From a virus, in IMG/VR virus record IMGVR_UViG_3300020469_004451, positions 1 to 64,000 of that record: a DNA stretch of 64,000 nucleotides, one strand, 5' to 3'. The notes beneath the pieces are model-generated. The model had not been told where the DNA came from. It worked only from the letters and a program-made list of their open reading frames with translations, and searched no databases. Of this stretch, positions 38,207-49,336 are shown piece by piece; the first letter of the stretch is position 1; each line of letters starts with the position of its first letter. Both the position numbers and the translations under genes were made by a program.

Positions 38207-39739
38207 ATGTCTTTAATAGTTACAAAAATAACAAACGCAAGCTCAACTACGGAGTTCAACTATTTAAATAGTGAACACGTTTGGGGTTTAATTTTTACTG
38301 CAAATTATGAATTTTCTATTCACGATGCTAGAATGGAAGATGGTGATACTTTGCTAGAAGGTATCGAAGCTTTGCAAAATGCTTACATGAGGCCAAACAT
38401 TGCGGCTAAAATAGGCATAGATGAATTTAGGAATGGAGAGATCACTTCATTAAGCTTACCTGAGTCCAATAGAGCGGGAATAACGACTGCCAGCATCTCG
38501 ATAAGCGAAAGGGTTAAGTTGAATTCAGATGATGGAGCTTTATATGACATAACTCAAAATACTCCATCTCCTCAAGACGTTGAATCTTTCTCTGAAGATT
38601 TCTCATTTTCCAGAGACGAAAATTCTTATTCTTATCAGAGAAATTTAAATTTAAAATACAGACAAGATACTTCTAATGATTTTTTCAACAAAGCTTATCT
38701 TTTTATTAAAGGAGCGTATTTTAATAATAGACCCTCTTATGGTTTTCAAGAAGATGGTATTTCAGAAAATGCAAGATTCAACCTTGGCTTAAAACCTTCT
38801 ATTTCTGAAACATATGATATTTTAAATAAAGAAATCAGTTTTTCAGAATCATTTTCTTCTAATCGCATAGAAACAAAAAACGGAATAACTTTTTCTAAAA
38901 AATCTACTCACAGCGAATCTTTAAACAATGATGGTTATACTGAAAAAAAATTCGACATTGAGATAAAGGCTCTTCAAAAACCTATAGAAGTTAATTTGAA
39001 TTCTGGTATGCAGATAACTCTAGATGAGTTGATTTTGGAGAACTCTTCAGAGTTTGGAATACCATCTTCTATAGAAAAAAGCTTAAAAGGAGATGGAGGA
39101 TTAGGTTCTCTGTCTGTATCTTTCACTAATGACCCAAGACAAAATTCTTCAACGAACGTAAATTACAGCGCGTCCAAAAAAAATGCAGCTTTTGAAGATT
39201 ATTCTTTTTCTTTAAATGTAGTTACAAAAGCCTCAAATAAAAATGATGCGTTCAATCAATCTGTTTTATATTTGAAGAATAATCCTAACATAGCAGTAGA
39301 TAAAATAGCAATTTTGTTTCCAGAAACTGCTGATATCACTTTAAATGAAGTTTCTAGGTCTGTTTCGTTTAATCCGATTCAAAGGAGCGCTTCTCAAAGA
39401 ATTAATTTAACAACTAATCCAGATTATCTAGACGAAGCAGACGGAGTGTTAAAAAGAACGGTTTCTATATCTGATACTAATCAAGTCAACAGAGATTCTG
39501 TAACCCCTATTCTTGGTAATAAAGAAATTATAACAAGAAATGAAAATAAAACTGAAGGAAAAAGAACTGTATCTGTAAATATGGTTTCAAATGATGAATC
39601 TTTTGTAGAAGATTCTCTAACACTTGCTTCTCAAAATGAACCAGACTCTGAATACAAATATATAACATCCAAAAGGACAAGCGAAAGACCTTTGCAAAAA
39701 ACCGTTTCATCTACTTTGGAATTTACTTTTTTTGATTAA
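38207..39739 (+). CDS. tail tip / distal tail-type protein
   Basis: Synteny after the TMP; beta-rich. Confidence 0.5.
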   Translation: MSLIVTKITNASSTTEFNYLNSEHVWGLIFTANYEFSIHDARMEDGDTLLEGIEALQNAYMRPNIAAKIGIDEFRNGEITSLSLPESNRAGITTASISISERVKLNSDDGALYDITQNTPSPQDVESFSEDFSFSRDENSYSYQRNLNLKYRQDTSNDFFNKAYLFIKGAYFNNRPSYGFQEDGISENARFNLGLKPSISETYDILNKEISFSESFSSNRIETKNGITFSKKSTHSESLNNDGYTEKKFDIEIKALQKPIEVNLNSGMQITLDELILENSSEFGIPSSIEKSLKGDGGLGSLSVSFTNDPRQNSSTNVNYSASKKNAAFEDYSFSLNVVTKASNKNDAFNQSVLYLKNNPNIAVDKIAILFPETADITLNEVSRSVSFNPIQRSASQRINLTTNPDYLDEADGVLKRTVSISDTNQVNRDSVTPILGNKEIITRNENKTEGKRTVSVNMVSNDESFVEDSLTLASQNEPDSEYKYITSKRTSERPLQKTVSSTLEFTFFD

Positions 39740-41313
39740 TGATTGATATTTCTTACGGAGGATATTCTTTTCCACAACCACTTCCATTTGTAGGCCAAGA
39801 TGAAGCGCCTGTTTTTTTGAGTGGTAGAGTAGACCATTCTATAATTTCTATAGAACTTATAGGGCAATTAACCGGATGTGATTTGCCTTCATTAAAAGCT
39901 CAAAAAGAAGAAATGGTTATTGGTTTATCTAGTGGCTTTCAACAGTTGACTGTTGGAAATACTGGATTTGACTTTGCAAAGCCGATTAGCATAAGTTTTC
40001 AAGATTCTGATTTAACTAGAATATTACCATACAATGTATCGTTTGAAGTATTTCACGAAAAAGACTTTTCTAAATTTTATGGTATTCAAAACCCTGTTGA
40101 CACTTGGGAATATGAAGAAAACGAAGACAACAATACTGTCAATGTAGTTCACACTGTTAGCGCCAGCGCAAGAAAAACTTCAGGCGCAGATACTTTAACT
40201 GTCGCAAAAGAATTCGTAGAATCTCGTTTAAATGGATTTGATAATATGTCTATTTTCTTTACGGGAAATACTTCTATTTTAAAATCAAAAAATGAAACAG
40301 TAAATAGGGTAGATAACTCTTATGGCGTTACCGAGACTTATGAACTTAGCGAATCTATTGATGGTAGAGATCGGCCTGATTCAATAATTAGACCAGAATG
40401 CCAAATATCTTTTAATGCAGATTCTTCGCTTTCTTTAACGGTAAATGGAACTATTGTAGGAGGGATAAGCGGTAGCGCAGATACGGGATATTTTACTCCT
40501 GAAGATGCAACAGAATTTGCGAAAAATGCTGTTAAAAGAACTAAAATTGATTACGAAAATTCATTGTATGGTGATATTTTCCGTGAACCTGAATCATACA
40601 ATTATGATATAGACACTGGAGCGAATAGTATTTCTTTCAGCTTTTCTTTTAACGATCCCACTGATTTTAGAACAGGCGAAGTTCTAAATGACTTTTCTTC
40701 TTCACTTGAAGCATCGAAAGATCAAGGTGGAATTATAGTATCCTTAAATGGCAAATTTTATTATGACGGGACCAAAGATATATTTTTAACAGACGCTCCA
40801 GAGCAAGAACAAAGATATCAAAAAGTCGAGGCTGTTTTTAGCGGTTTCGATCCATACCCTATTGCACAATCTCATTTTGAACATTTTACTGGCTTTAGTT
40901 TAAATTATAACTCATCACCTTTAAACACTACAATTCAAGATTTTAGTATAGATAAAAATCCTCATTCTTCTGAAATTAATTATTCATATTCTTTTTCTAA
41001 TATACCAGATTTATTTTCTGGAATGATCAAAAATGCTGAAGTAACAATAGATACTCAGCATCCCATTGCTGCATATGGAATAAAGTCAACCATTGATGGG
41101 TCTTTTAGCATTCAAAACCTTTATGATACTTTAGAAAAAAAATCCGTAACTGTGAATGGAACATTAAATACAGGAATTAGCGTTGGTTCTGCCACTTCTT
41201 TTATTTATAATTATATATCACAACACTCTGGAAGTTCTTCTTCTATGGCCTCAGATACAATTCGAACTGGAAATAATACTATATCCATATCAAGAAGTTT
41301 CATAAATGAATAA
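39739..41313 (+). CDS. tail tip protein
   Basis: Synteny; ISYGGYSFPQPLP start; repeated beta domains. Confidence 0.5.
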   Translation: MIDISYGGYSFPQPLPFVGQDEAPVFLSGRVDHSIISIELIGQLTGCDLPSLKAQKEEMVIGLSSGFQQLTVGNTGFDFAKPISISFQDSDLTRILPYNVSFEVFHEKDFSKFYGIQNPVDTWEYEENEDNNTVNVVHTVSASARKTSGADTLTVAKEFVESRLNGFDNMSIFFTGNTSILKSKNETVNRVDNSYGVTETYELSESIDGRDRPDSIIRPECQISFNADSSLSLTVNGTIVGGISGSADTGYFTPEDATEFAKNAVKRTKIDYENSLYGDIFREPESYNYDIDTGANSISFSFSFNDPTDFRTGEVLNDFSSSLEASKDQGGIIVSLNGKFYYDGTKDIFLTDAPEQEQRYQKVEAVFSGFDPYPIAQSHFEHFTGFSLNYNSSPLNTTIQDFSIDKNPHSSEINYSYSFSNIPDLFSGMIKNAEVTIDTQHPIAAYGIKSTIDGSFSIQNLYDTLEKKSVTVNGTLNTGISVGSATSFIYNYISQHSGSSSSMASDTIRTGNNTISISRSFINE

Positions 41314-42697
41314 TACTCTTTCAACATTAGCCAACGCTTATTTAAATAATGGCACTGGTGCTATCATGCTGTATTATTCTATGGAGGATGAAACAACTGG
41401 CGTTGTAGGCTCTGGAGGAGAGTTTACAGGTGTTGTGATGAATGTTTCGCCGTCTTCTACTGTCGGACACACAGGGCTTGTCATAGACGCTACAGGGGCT
41501 ACAGAAGCAGAAGCTGGCTCGCGATTAGAGACTTTTTTCTTGAATGAAAAGAGTGGTGTTGATCTTAGCTTTTCAAGTATAAAATTTGATGCATTCTTAG
41601 ATGAAGGCTTCATGTCTCCAGATGATTTTGAAACTGAAACATCCTTTCTGTTTTCTTTTGAAAAAATAAAAAGGAAAAATGGTGTGCTTTTCGGTAATTT
41701 AAATAAAGAAACTTTTGACAACGGTGAAGTATCTTTTAGTTATGGTAAAGGATTTAACATAGGCATAAACGATAGAAACAAACTTTTCTTTCAAGGAATA
41801 GATTCAGAGGTGGGAGAATACGTGCTTGTGGCTGATGATTTAGAATTAGCTAACAAAAACATTTGTTCTGCTACAGTTTCACCATATCGAGTATCTTTTT
41901 CAGTTTATAATTTAGCAGATGACAATTTTGAAACCACCTCGCTAAGAACTGATAGCAAATTAGAAAATCTTGAATACACTGGCAATTTCTACATAGGAAA
42001 ATCAGACCATTATATAAGACAAGACAACAATACTTTTAGTGGATACTTAGATCAGTTTATGATGATCACAGGTGTTCATGGTCCATCTGATTTAAAATCA
42101 ATTGCATCCGGTTTTGTGGCAACTGGCTCTGCTGTTTCTGGAGCATCATACATAGATAATGTTATTACAGGGGCTGATATAAGTCTTGTTCATCCGGTTG
42201 GAATTACAGGGTATCAAGCTGTTATAACTGGCTTTCAAGAAGATTTGTTAGATAGTGAATTAATTGAATTCACTTTAATACGAAACGAATTTACTCCTTC
42301 AACCTTAAAAGATGGTGAAAGGTTTATCACTGGATACACTTTGCCAAATAACTCTGGCGTGTTTACAGAGGAGACTTCTTTTCTAATTCCAGAAAATAAT
42401 TATACGGATACCGGAGATGACGCACACGCAACTTTGGGATTAATTGATATATCTAATGTAGTTACGGATTTTAGTTTACAATCTAGTAAAACCGTAAAAA
42501 CGACAGGGATTATTCCTCTATATGATATAAGTGGAATTACTGGAATTTTGATAAATGAGCCAACTGGATATTTGAAAACATTTTTAAGTAAAGACTTCAA
42601 TAGAACTGGAACAGTGGTTGAAAACCTAATTTTTAGAGAAGGCTACGCAGAACAATACAAATATGATTACCTACACTACCTTTCTCATAGAATATGA
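41306..42697 (+). CDS. virion protein with LamG-like domain and ITG repeats
   Basis: FYIG..FSGYLDQF; many T/S-G dipeptides. Confidence 0.55.
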   Translation: MNNTLSTLANAYLNNGTGAIMLYYSMEDETTGVVGSGGEFTGVVMNVSPSSTVGHTGLVIDATGATEAEAGSRLETFFLNEKSGVDLSFSSIKFDAFLDEGFMSPDDFETETSFLFSFEKIKRKNGVLFGNLNKETFDNGEVSFSYGKGFNIGINDRNKLFFQGIDSEVGEYVLVADDLELANKNICSATVSPYRVSFSVYNLADDNFETTSLRTDSKLENLEYTGNFYIGKSDHYIRQDNNTFSGYLDQFMMITGVHGPSDLKSIASGFVATGSAVSGASYIDNVITGADISLVHPVGITGYQAVITGFQEDLLDSELIEFTLIRNEFTPSTLKDGERFITGYTLPNNSGVFTEETSFLIPENNYTDTGDDAHATLGLIDISNVVTDFSLQSSKTVKTTGIIPLYDISGITGILINEPTGYLKTFLSKDFNRTGTVVENLIFREGYAEQYKYDYLHYLSHRI

Positions 42698-43404
42698 TTG
42701 AATATATTCAAAATACTGGACTTCTTTCAAGAAAAGAGGATTACTACAATGTAGGTCAAGTTTCTAACGGGATTGGCTCTATAAATAGTAGAAACCCTTT
42801 AATTAATGATGTTTATCTAAATGGTCAAACTTTACTAGAAACAGAGGCAGATGTTGAAGTTATTGGTCAACGAGAAATTATTTCTCATACTGGAGACTTC
42901 TTTTTATCTGGTTCTTTACTTAGATCATCAACAGGGGTTACTGATCTCTTTCTTTTTGAGACAAATAATTTGAAACATGATTTTATACAAAGCGGACAAC
43001 ACCCATTTTTCTCTTCATCAGTTCATAATGAACTGATCATAGGTTTTAGTGGGGTTGCTAATGATTTATCAGGTGACTTAATTTTTCTCAATGGCGCAAA
43101 ACTTGTAAGTGGTCAAGATTATGTAGAAAATTCAAATGGGAATTTTGATTATATAGGAGACACCACCGAGACAGGCTTTCTTTTTAGAATGCCAATTAAG
43201 GAGGACGTTTTTACAAGTGGGCTTTTTGATTTAACAGGAGTCTTTTTTAATAAAGACACTACTGTTGGTTATTTAAACGGAATGAGGGTTGATGATGATG
43301 AGCTTTTAGAAACTTCGTCATTACTTCTAGATATAATTGAGACGGGATTAAATAACACTTTTGAATTCAAAATTTCTACAGAACCAAAATATATTGTCTT
43401 TTAA
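42694..43404 (+). CDS. virion protein with (V/F)(Y/F)LNG repeats
   Basis: VYLNGQ, IFLNGA and GYLNGM repeats. Confidence 0.55.
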   Translation: MIEYIQNTGLLSRKEDYYNVGQVSNGIGSINSRNPLINDVYLNGQTLLETEADVEVIGQREIISHTGDFFLSGSLLRSSTGVTDLFLFETNNLKHDFIQSGQHPFFSSSVHNELIIGFSGVANDLSGDLIFLNGAKLVSGQDYVENSNGNFDYIGDTTETGFLFRMPIKEDVFTSGLFDLTGVFFNKDTTVGYLNGMRVDDDELLETSSLLLDIIETGLNNTFEFKISTEPKYIVF

Positions 43405-43405
43405 T

Positions 43406-45898
43406 ATGGCTACAGAACATTCTAGAAAAAATTTAGGCTCTTTATTTGGGGGAGAAATTATGTCTATCAACTATAATTTCCAATCTGGTTCAGAAGCATC
43501 AACTTGCACTCTAACAATTATTAGTGAGAATAATGAATATAATGTGCCAAAGATGAATGAAAAAGTTCACATACCTCCGTTTGGTCTTGAGATGATAGTC
43601 TTAGAGACTTCTCTAAGACAAGATAGTAAATTTACTACTTTACAAGTAGAGTTGATTGATTCGATGTCAGAGATTTTAGACAGAGAAATGGTCTTTATAT
43701 GGGGAACTCATACTGACATGAGAGGAAATTTATCTTCTAATGGATATTTAATTGATAAAACACTTTTTCTCTCTCCATTAGATTATCCAAAAAACACTAG
43801 GTTTTCACGTAATCTAGCTCGTCCTACAACATCTAGAAATTTTAACAAAAATTTTGGTAATGGAGTGAATGTTATTGGATTTGGAAGGATTACCCTGAGA
43901 GAAGAAGCTTCTCGCACAATAACCATTGACCCCTCCGCAGAGCAATTAATTGATGGTAATACTTTTGTAGAAGAAAAAAGGGTGGTTATTGATGCATTCG
44001 AGTTAAATAGAACATTAACTACCGACAAAACAATGTTATTAGCAAATCACCTTCCTTTAATCTCGCTTGGTTATGATCCAGAACAAGCTGAGTTAAAGTT
44101 TGGTTATACTGCATCAGACTTATTCAAACTATTTCTTTCAAAAGGTATTTCATTTGAATCTAATGATGAGCGTTTTTTATCAGATGAAAATATAATGTTT
44201 TCCGATTCTGGAAGTTTTAGAAAAGTTTTATCAAGTGTATTATCAAAAATAGGTAGGTCTTTTTATGTAGATCCATTTACTCAGAAAATACATATTGTTA
44301 CAAATGGTGAAATAGCATCTATTAATACAAATTTAAACAATATGTATTTGAATTTTGAAAATACAGAATCCGCAGAGCAACTTACATTAACTAAAAGTAT
44401 AAAAAATGTAGAAGCAACTCATCATTTTATAAAAGGACAGGCTACTAAATTTGTAGGAGAGAATTCTTCTTCCACGTCTGTTGCACCGAAAGCAAAAAAA
44501 CATGTCTTATACAAGTTAAGTGGAGAGGAACTCTTTAAAGAGTTGGATCTAAAAGAGGCAGACATAAAATTTGCCAAAATAGTCGCACCTTTCTACAATA
44601 GAACACAAGATACAGAAGCTACAGATAAACTTGTTTTTGCTTTAGGGGAAACTAGGCCGTTTGAGCTTAATGGCACTTATTATGGACCAGATGAATATCG
44701 TTATTCGGACGTGAATCTGTTAGATAAAAACAGAGGGAACTGGTTTAGCGTTATAAATTCTGATGATAGATATAATTTCTTTGACTTCGATCCTAGTATC
44801 TCTACAGATGCTATACGATTATTAATAAATGGAAAAAATGCCATTTCTGTAAGCGAAGCCAATTATCTTGCTTTTATCGACAGTTATATGACTCTGTTGG
44901 GAGGCGTTTATATTAGCAGCCCTATTTCAAAGAGAAGATTAGATCGTAGGCAATATCTTGACACAGAGTTAAAATCAGGAGAATATGTTATAGCTATAGC
45001 AGATGCAAACGAATTCATAGATAACGTTCCCGAACTTAGTTTCTTGCAGAAATTACGAATAAAAGCAGCGAATAAAACGGGAGGTAAGATTAAAAATATT
45101 AGAGTAAAGGATTTAGCTGCAAGACTAAAAATATTACAAGGGGATGATGAAGAAGAGGATAATACATCTGATGATGAGGATGATGAAGGTAATCCTCTTG
45201 GGTCTAGATTCCATGTAATTGCAGTTAGAGATATGAAATATTTTAATGACAACGGGATATCTGAAGATGAAGGTGAAGGGTTTTCTGAAAGAATTCACAA
45301 AAACTTTTACTTATTTACAAGCACACAGGGTCGTTTTCTTGTAAAGCAAGATAATAAAAGCACTAGTAAAGCTGAAGATATAGCAAAAAGATGCGAGCAA
45401 GCATTTGATGATACTGGAGTATTAGATGGAGTAAAGGAAAAATTAATTGTAAAGTATATGGTGGTTGGAAATGATAAAAGCTCTGGTGACCAGCAAGATA
45501 CTAGCTCACCAGAAATTAATTTTCTTAGAACTGATTTGTCTAATGTAAAACAATTTGCGTCACGGCAATTCAGCGTATTTTCTTCTGAATACGAAGAAGC
45601 GAACCATTTTATTAAAAATATAAATACGATTAATCCAGAATTTGAAGGACCATTTATTACAACTGATATAAAATATTTTAGACCTCCAGAAAGAGCCGAT
45701 TTTGATATGGATAAAGGTGTTAGCTCTATTTCTGTTTCAATGGGCGCTCAAGGTATTTCTACATCTATTAGATATTCTTCAATTAAGTTCGCTCAAATAG
45801 ATACATCTTTATCTAGAGAATTTTTAGGTTCATCAACAACTGATCAAGTTAAGAGATTTTCTCAAAATGCTTTTGTTAAAAATAGAATTGGAAGTTAA
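43406..45898 (+). CDS. putative tail hub / central tip protein
   Basis: STCTLTII..RKVLSSVLSKIGRSFYVDP hub-like pattern; last gene of the late operon. Confidence 0.5.
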   Translation: MATEHSRKNLGSLFGGEIMSINYNFQSGSEASTCTLTIISENNEYNVPKMNEKVHIPPFGLEMIVLETSLRQDSKFTTLQVELIDSMSEILDREMVFIWGTHTDMRGNLSSNGYLIDKTLFLSPLDYPKNTRFSRNLARPTTSRNFNKNFGNGVNVIGFGRITLREEASRTITIDPSAEQLIDGNTFVEEKRVVIDAFELNRTLTTDKTMLLANHLPLISLGYDPEQAELKFGYTASDLFKLFLSKGISFESNDERFLSDENIMFSDSGSFRKVLSSVLSKIGRSFYVDPFTQKIHIVTNGEIASINTNLNNMYLNFENTESAEQLTLTKSIKNVEATHHFIKGQATKFVGENSSSTSVAPKAKKHVLYKLSGEELFKELDLKEADIKFAKIVAPFYNRTQDTEATDKLVFALGETRPFELNGTYYGPDEYRYSDVNLLDKNRGNWFSVINSDDRYNFFDFDPSISTDAIRLLINGKNAISVSEANYLAFIDSYMTLLGGVYISSPISKRRLDRRQYLDTELKSGEYVIAIADANEFIDNVPELSFLQKLRIKAANKTGGKIKNIRVKDLAARLKILQGDDEEEDNTSDDEDDEGNPLGSRFHVIAVRDMKYFNDNGISEDEGEGFSERIHKNFYLFTSTQGRFLVKQDNKSTSKAEDIAKRCEQAFDDTGVLDGVKEKLIVKYMVVGNDKSSGDQQDTSSPEINFLRTDLSNVKQFASRQFSVFSSEYEEANHFIKNINTINPEFEGPFITTDIKYFRPPERADFDMDKGVSSISVSMGAQGISTSIRYSSIKFAQIDTSLSREFLGSSTTDQVKRFSQNAFVKNRIGS

Positions 45899-46656
45899 TC
45901 CAACAAACCTAAAATAATTCTAGCTTCTTTTGCTGGTATATCTGAAAAAGAATCCCAAAGTGCAGCATCTTCATTTCTGTAAAGTTCCTTTTTCCAAAGC
46001 TTTCGCAAAGTTTCTTTGAAGTCTTTTAAGTCTTCAAATTTACTAGACAGAGTTTCTTGTGGGCTGAATGAAGCGGAAGATACCGTTTTAGTTTCCAATA
46101 CATCAGATTGGTCTTCTTCTTTCTTTGGAGTAGACTTATCAATTTCATCTGCACCAACAATATGAACGTTCAAGAAGTTTCTTACACAACGGACGAAAGC
46201 TCTATTAGCTGCAATTGATTCTAAAAATTTAACAGAGAAGCCATCGCAGTTATTTGAAGTGGCATTTGCTACTTCTGTAAAGTCAATAGATTTGTGATTT
46301 GTTTCATAATTAGGAGTAAATTTAACTTCACATTTAACAACCGCTCTATCGTAAGATGCTTCTATAACTGTAAAATTTACGCTCTTATAACCTCTAAGTT
46401 TCAGAAGCTCCTTGATACCAGATAGCTTGATCAAAAGTTGATGATCTTTTAAACCCTTGACTGAATCTGGAACTTCTTTGTCGAACTTCTCAAACCAACC
46501 TTTGTTGGGGTAAAGGTGTTCATCATTGATCATGGCTCGCCAATCGACAAAACCATCTTCATTGAACATATATTGAATATTTTCTAGCAGACCATTTTCA
46601 TCTCTTGAAACTTTTTTTGGTCCGATTGAGTTGTCTATTTTTTTTGCTTTACTCAT
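45895..46656 (-). CDS. putative Rad52/Sak-like single-strand annealing protein
   Basis: AVVKCEV..IAANRAFVRCVR helix pattern; TTGACT-17-TATACT promoter upstream. Confidence 0.45.
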   Translation of the reverse strand: MSKAKKIDNSIGPKKVSRDENGLLENIQYMFNEDGFVDWRAMINDEHLYPNKGWFEKFDKEVPDSVKGLKDHQLLIKLSGIKELLKLRGYKSVNFTVIEASYDRAVVKCEVKFTPNYETNHKSIDFTEVANATSNNCDGFSVKFLESIAANRAFVRCVRNFLNVHIVGADEIDKSTPKKEEDQSDVLETKTVSSASFSPQETLSSKFEDLKDFKETLRKLWKKELYRNEDAALWDSFSDIPAKEARIILGLLD

Positions 46657-46703
46657 AATCTACTACAAGTATAGATCATTAGTCAAATATAGTCAACCTT
46701 TTT

Positions 46704-48347
46704 TTAACCTTCACACGCAGAACAATTATCTTCGTTAAACTTTCTGAAAAGCTCCTGTGCTGCATTACTGCTATGTTGATAGTAAAGGCTTTTTACTCCA
46801 GATTCCCAAGCGTAAAGTGTTAGTTGATTCATTTCTTTAGCAGAAACACCCGATGGAATCATAATATTAAGGCTTTGACCTTGATCAATATGCTTCTGAC
46901 GTTGCGCTGCTTGTGTAATAATCTCTTTTTGAGAAATCTCAGCAAATGTCTTGAATACAGCCTTTTCTTTTTCAGTTAAAAAATCCAGTTGCTGAACAGA
47001 GCCATTATTTCTCAAGATAGAATCCCAAACATCGCTAGTGTTTTTATCTTTTTCTTTAAGCAGCTTTTCAAGATACTTATTTTTAATAGTGCCTTTGAAC
47101 TTGGCAATGTCCTTTACATAGTAATTACTTTTGAAAGGTTCAATGCTTTGTGATACTTGACCAAGAATAAAAGCAGACGAAGTATTTGGAGCCACAGCCA
47201 TGCGAGTAACCCATCGCTCCCCTCGACCTTCTAGCATTGGAGGCTCGCCCATTTCTTTAGCTGCTTTCTTGGATGCTTCAAGGCTTTGATTTTTAATTGT
47301 TTCAAACATTTCTGTATTCAACATCTGAGCCTCAAGAGACTCAAATGGTATCATTTTACTTTGCAGAACAGAATGATAACCTGTAGCTCCAATTCCAATC
47401 GCTCTTTGATTTATAGCAAAGTTTCTTGGTCTTTGCATAAATGAAACACCCTCTGACTTTTGGATAAATTCAGTCAAAACCGAATCAAGAAAAAAGGACA
47501 TAATCTCTACAGCGTCAGTGTCCTTCCAATCATCATAATGAAGCAGATTCATTGATCCCAAACAACAAACAAAAGATTCGTCTTTATCAGACGATAGCAT
47601 AATTTCAGAACATAGGTTTGAGCTTTTAATATCTCTGTTATTATCTTTGTAAACTTGTGGCGCAGCGTTATTTGCGTTGTCGTAAAAATAAATATAAGGA
47701 AGTCCAGTTTGTGCGCGACTCTCAAGAACCTTTGCCCAAACTTTACGCTTCTCCTTATCTCCGCTCTTCATCTCTTTAAGCCAATCATCTTTTACAACAA
47801 CACCAGTTAACAGGTCTTGAATAGGATGACCTTCTTTTCTAATATTCAAGAAGTCTTCAATATCCCCGTGGTCAATAGGCAGATATGCTGCCATCTTTCC
47901 TCTACGAACGTCTGCTTGCTTGCATACGTGGGATACTGAATCAAATAGCTGCATAAAAGTTACAGCACCATCCGATATGCCTCCCGTAGAAATAGCTGCA
48001 CCTCGCTGTCTGATTTCACCAAAGTAGCCAGAAGTTCCACCTCCCATTTTAGTCATCATCCCCACTTCGGCTGTATTGTAGAGGATTGAGTCCATAGTGT
48101 CTTCTACGTGACTGTTAAAACACGCAATAGGGAACCCCCTCTTTTTGCCAAAGTTAGCCCACACTGGAGAAGAGAGAAGAAAATGACCTTTCTCCATGTG
48201 ATAATAAAAGCGATCTGCAAAACCTTCTTTACCAAGGTAGTTCTCTGCTGCCGAAGCAATGCTTTTAATTCTTTCAATCGCGTCCTCGCCTTCTGACAAG
48301 TAGCCGTTATTAAGAAAGATTTGTGATTTTTTATTTAGCCAATTCAT
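46704..48347 (-). CDS. nrdA: ribonucleotide reductase class I alpha subunit (short, no ATP cone)
   Basis: IACF, GGGTSG, SNLCSE, VCCLGS, APNTSS, DQGQS, KSLYY and C-terminal CSAC. Confidence 0.95.
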   Translation of the reverse strand: MNWLNKKSQIFLNNGYLSEGEDAIERIKSIASAAENYLGKEGFADRFYYHMEKGHFLLSSPVWANFGKKRGFPIACFNSHVEDTMDSILYNTAEVGMMTKMGGGTSGYFGEIRQRGAAISTGGISDGAVTFMQLFDSVSHVCKQADVRRGKMAAYLPIDHGDIEDFLNIRKEGHPIQDLLTGVVVKDDWLKEMKSGDKEKRKVWAKVLESRAQTGLPYIYFYDNANNAAPQVYKDNNRDIKSSNLCSEIMLSSDKDESFVCCLGSMNLLHYDDWKDTDAVEIMSFFLDSVLTEFIQKSEGVSFMQRPRNFAINQRAIGIGATGYHSVLQSKMIPFESLEAQMLNTEMFETIKNQSLEASKKAAKEMGEPPMLEGRGERWVTRMAVAPNTSSAFILGQVSQSIEPFKSNYYVKDIAKFKGTIKNKYLEKLLKEKDKNTSDVWDSILRNNGSVQQLDFLTEKEKAVFKTFAEISQKEIITQAAQRQKHIDQGQSLNIMIPSGVSAKEMNQLTLYAWESGVKSLYYQHSSNAAQELFRKFNEDNCSACEG

Positions 48348-48349
48348 TT

Positions 48350-49336
48350 TTAGAAAATAGAGTCTTCATCGAAAGACTGATCAAATTTGTTGTAAGCAGT
48401 AGGTCTTTGATCAAAGAAGTCAACATGAACATCACTTAAAAGTTCTTCATTGAACCATTTAGTCTTTATAAGTTGGTCTTCATTCGTTTCGAAAATCGGG
48501 TCTAGGCCAATTCCAGAAAGGCTTGTGTTGAGCCTATCCTTTACAAACTCTTGGACCTGCTCTTTTTTAATAAAGTCAGTATCCCCCTCTTCTAAAATCC
48601 AATCCAAAACCTTGTTCTCTGCATCAAGAGCTTTTCTACAGTAGTTATAAATTAACGATTTGAACTCGTCGTTAAAATATTCTGGATGCTCTTCTCTGAT
48701 TTGTCTAATGATATAAGTTCCGAAAGAACCATGCAGAGCTTCTTCTTTAGAAGTTGCCGCAACAATATTATTAACAGCTTTAAGCTTCTTGCGGTGCTTA
48801 TTGAAAGACATTATGATAAAGAACTGAGAAAACAAAGATACATTCTCAATAAACAAAGAAAAGAGAACGATTGATTTTACAAAGTTTTTCTCCATTCTAG
48901 CCTGAGCAAAATCCTTATATTTTTTAAGATAGTTATGTCTATCTATAATAACTGGAATATCATAAATCTTTTCGAACTCATTATTGAGTCCCATAACTTC
49001 CAGTAGGTGAGAGTAAGCTCTTTCGTGCCTAACCTCTGACTCAGCAAAGGTAGCACCAACCATCTGCACTTCTGGCTTGGGTAAGTGTGTATGGATATTA
49101 CCCCAAAAAGTCTTTACACTTACTTCAATTTGAGAGATTAAAAGTAGGCATTTTTTAATAACCTCCTTCTGCTCTTTTGTTAGTTCGGTATGATACTCTT
49201 GAACGTCTTTCTCTAAAGCTTTACTCCACTCCGTATGGACCCAAAAGGAACGGTTAATGGCATCTGTATATTCTTCACACTCTTTGTATTCAAACGGCTT
49301 AAAATGCTCCCTTGGAGCGAAAATGTCTCTACTCAT
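48350..49336 (-). CDS. nrdB: ribonucleotide reductase class I beta subunit (class Id-like)
   Basis: QIEVSVKTFW, ESEVRHERAY, IENVSLFSQF, KEEALH and DFF..Y motifs. Confidence 0.93.
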   Translation of the reverse strand: MSRDIFAPREHFKPFEYKECEEYTDAINRSFWVHTEWSKALEKDVQEYHTELTKEQKEVIKKCLLLISQIEVSVKTFWGNIHTHLPKPEVQMVGATFAESEVRHERAYSHLLEVMGLNNEFEKIYDIPVIIDRHNYLKKYKDFAQARMEKNFVKSIVLFSLFIENVSLFSQFFIIMSFNKHRKKLKAVNNIVAATSKEEALHGSFGTYIIRQIREEHPEYFNDEFKSLIYNYCRKALDAENKVLDWILEEGDTDFIKKEQVQEFVKDRLNTSLSGIGLDPIFETNEDQLIKTKWFNEELLSDVHVDFFDQRPTAYNKFDQSFDEDSIF

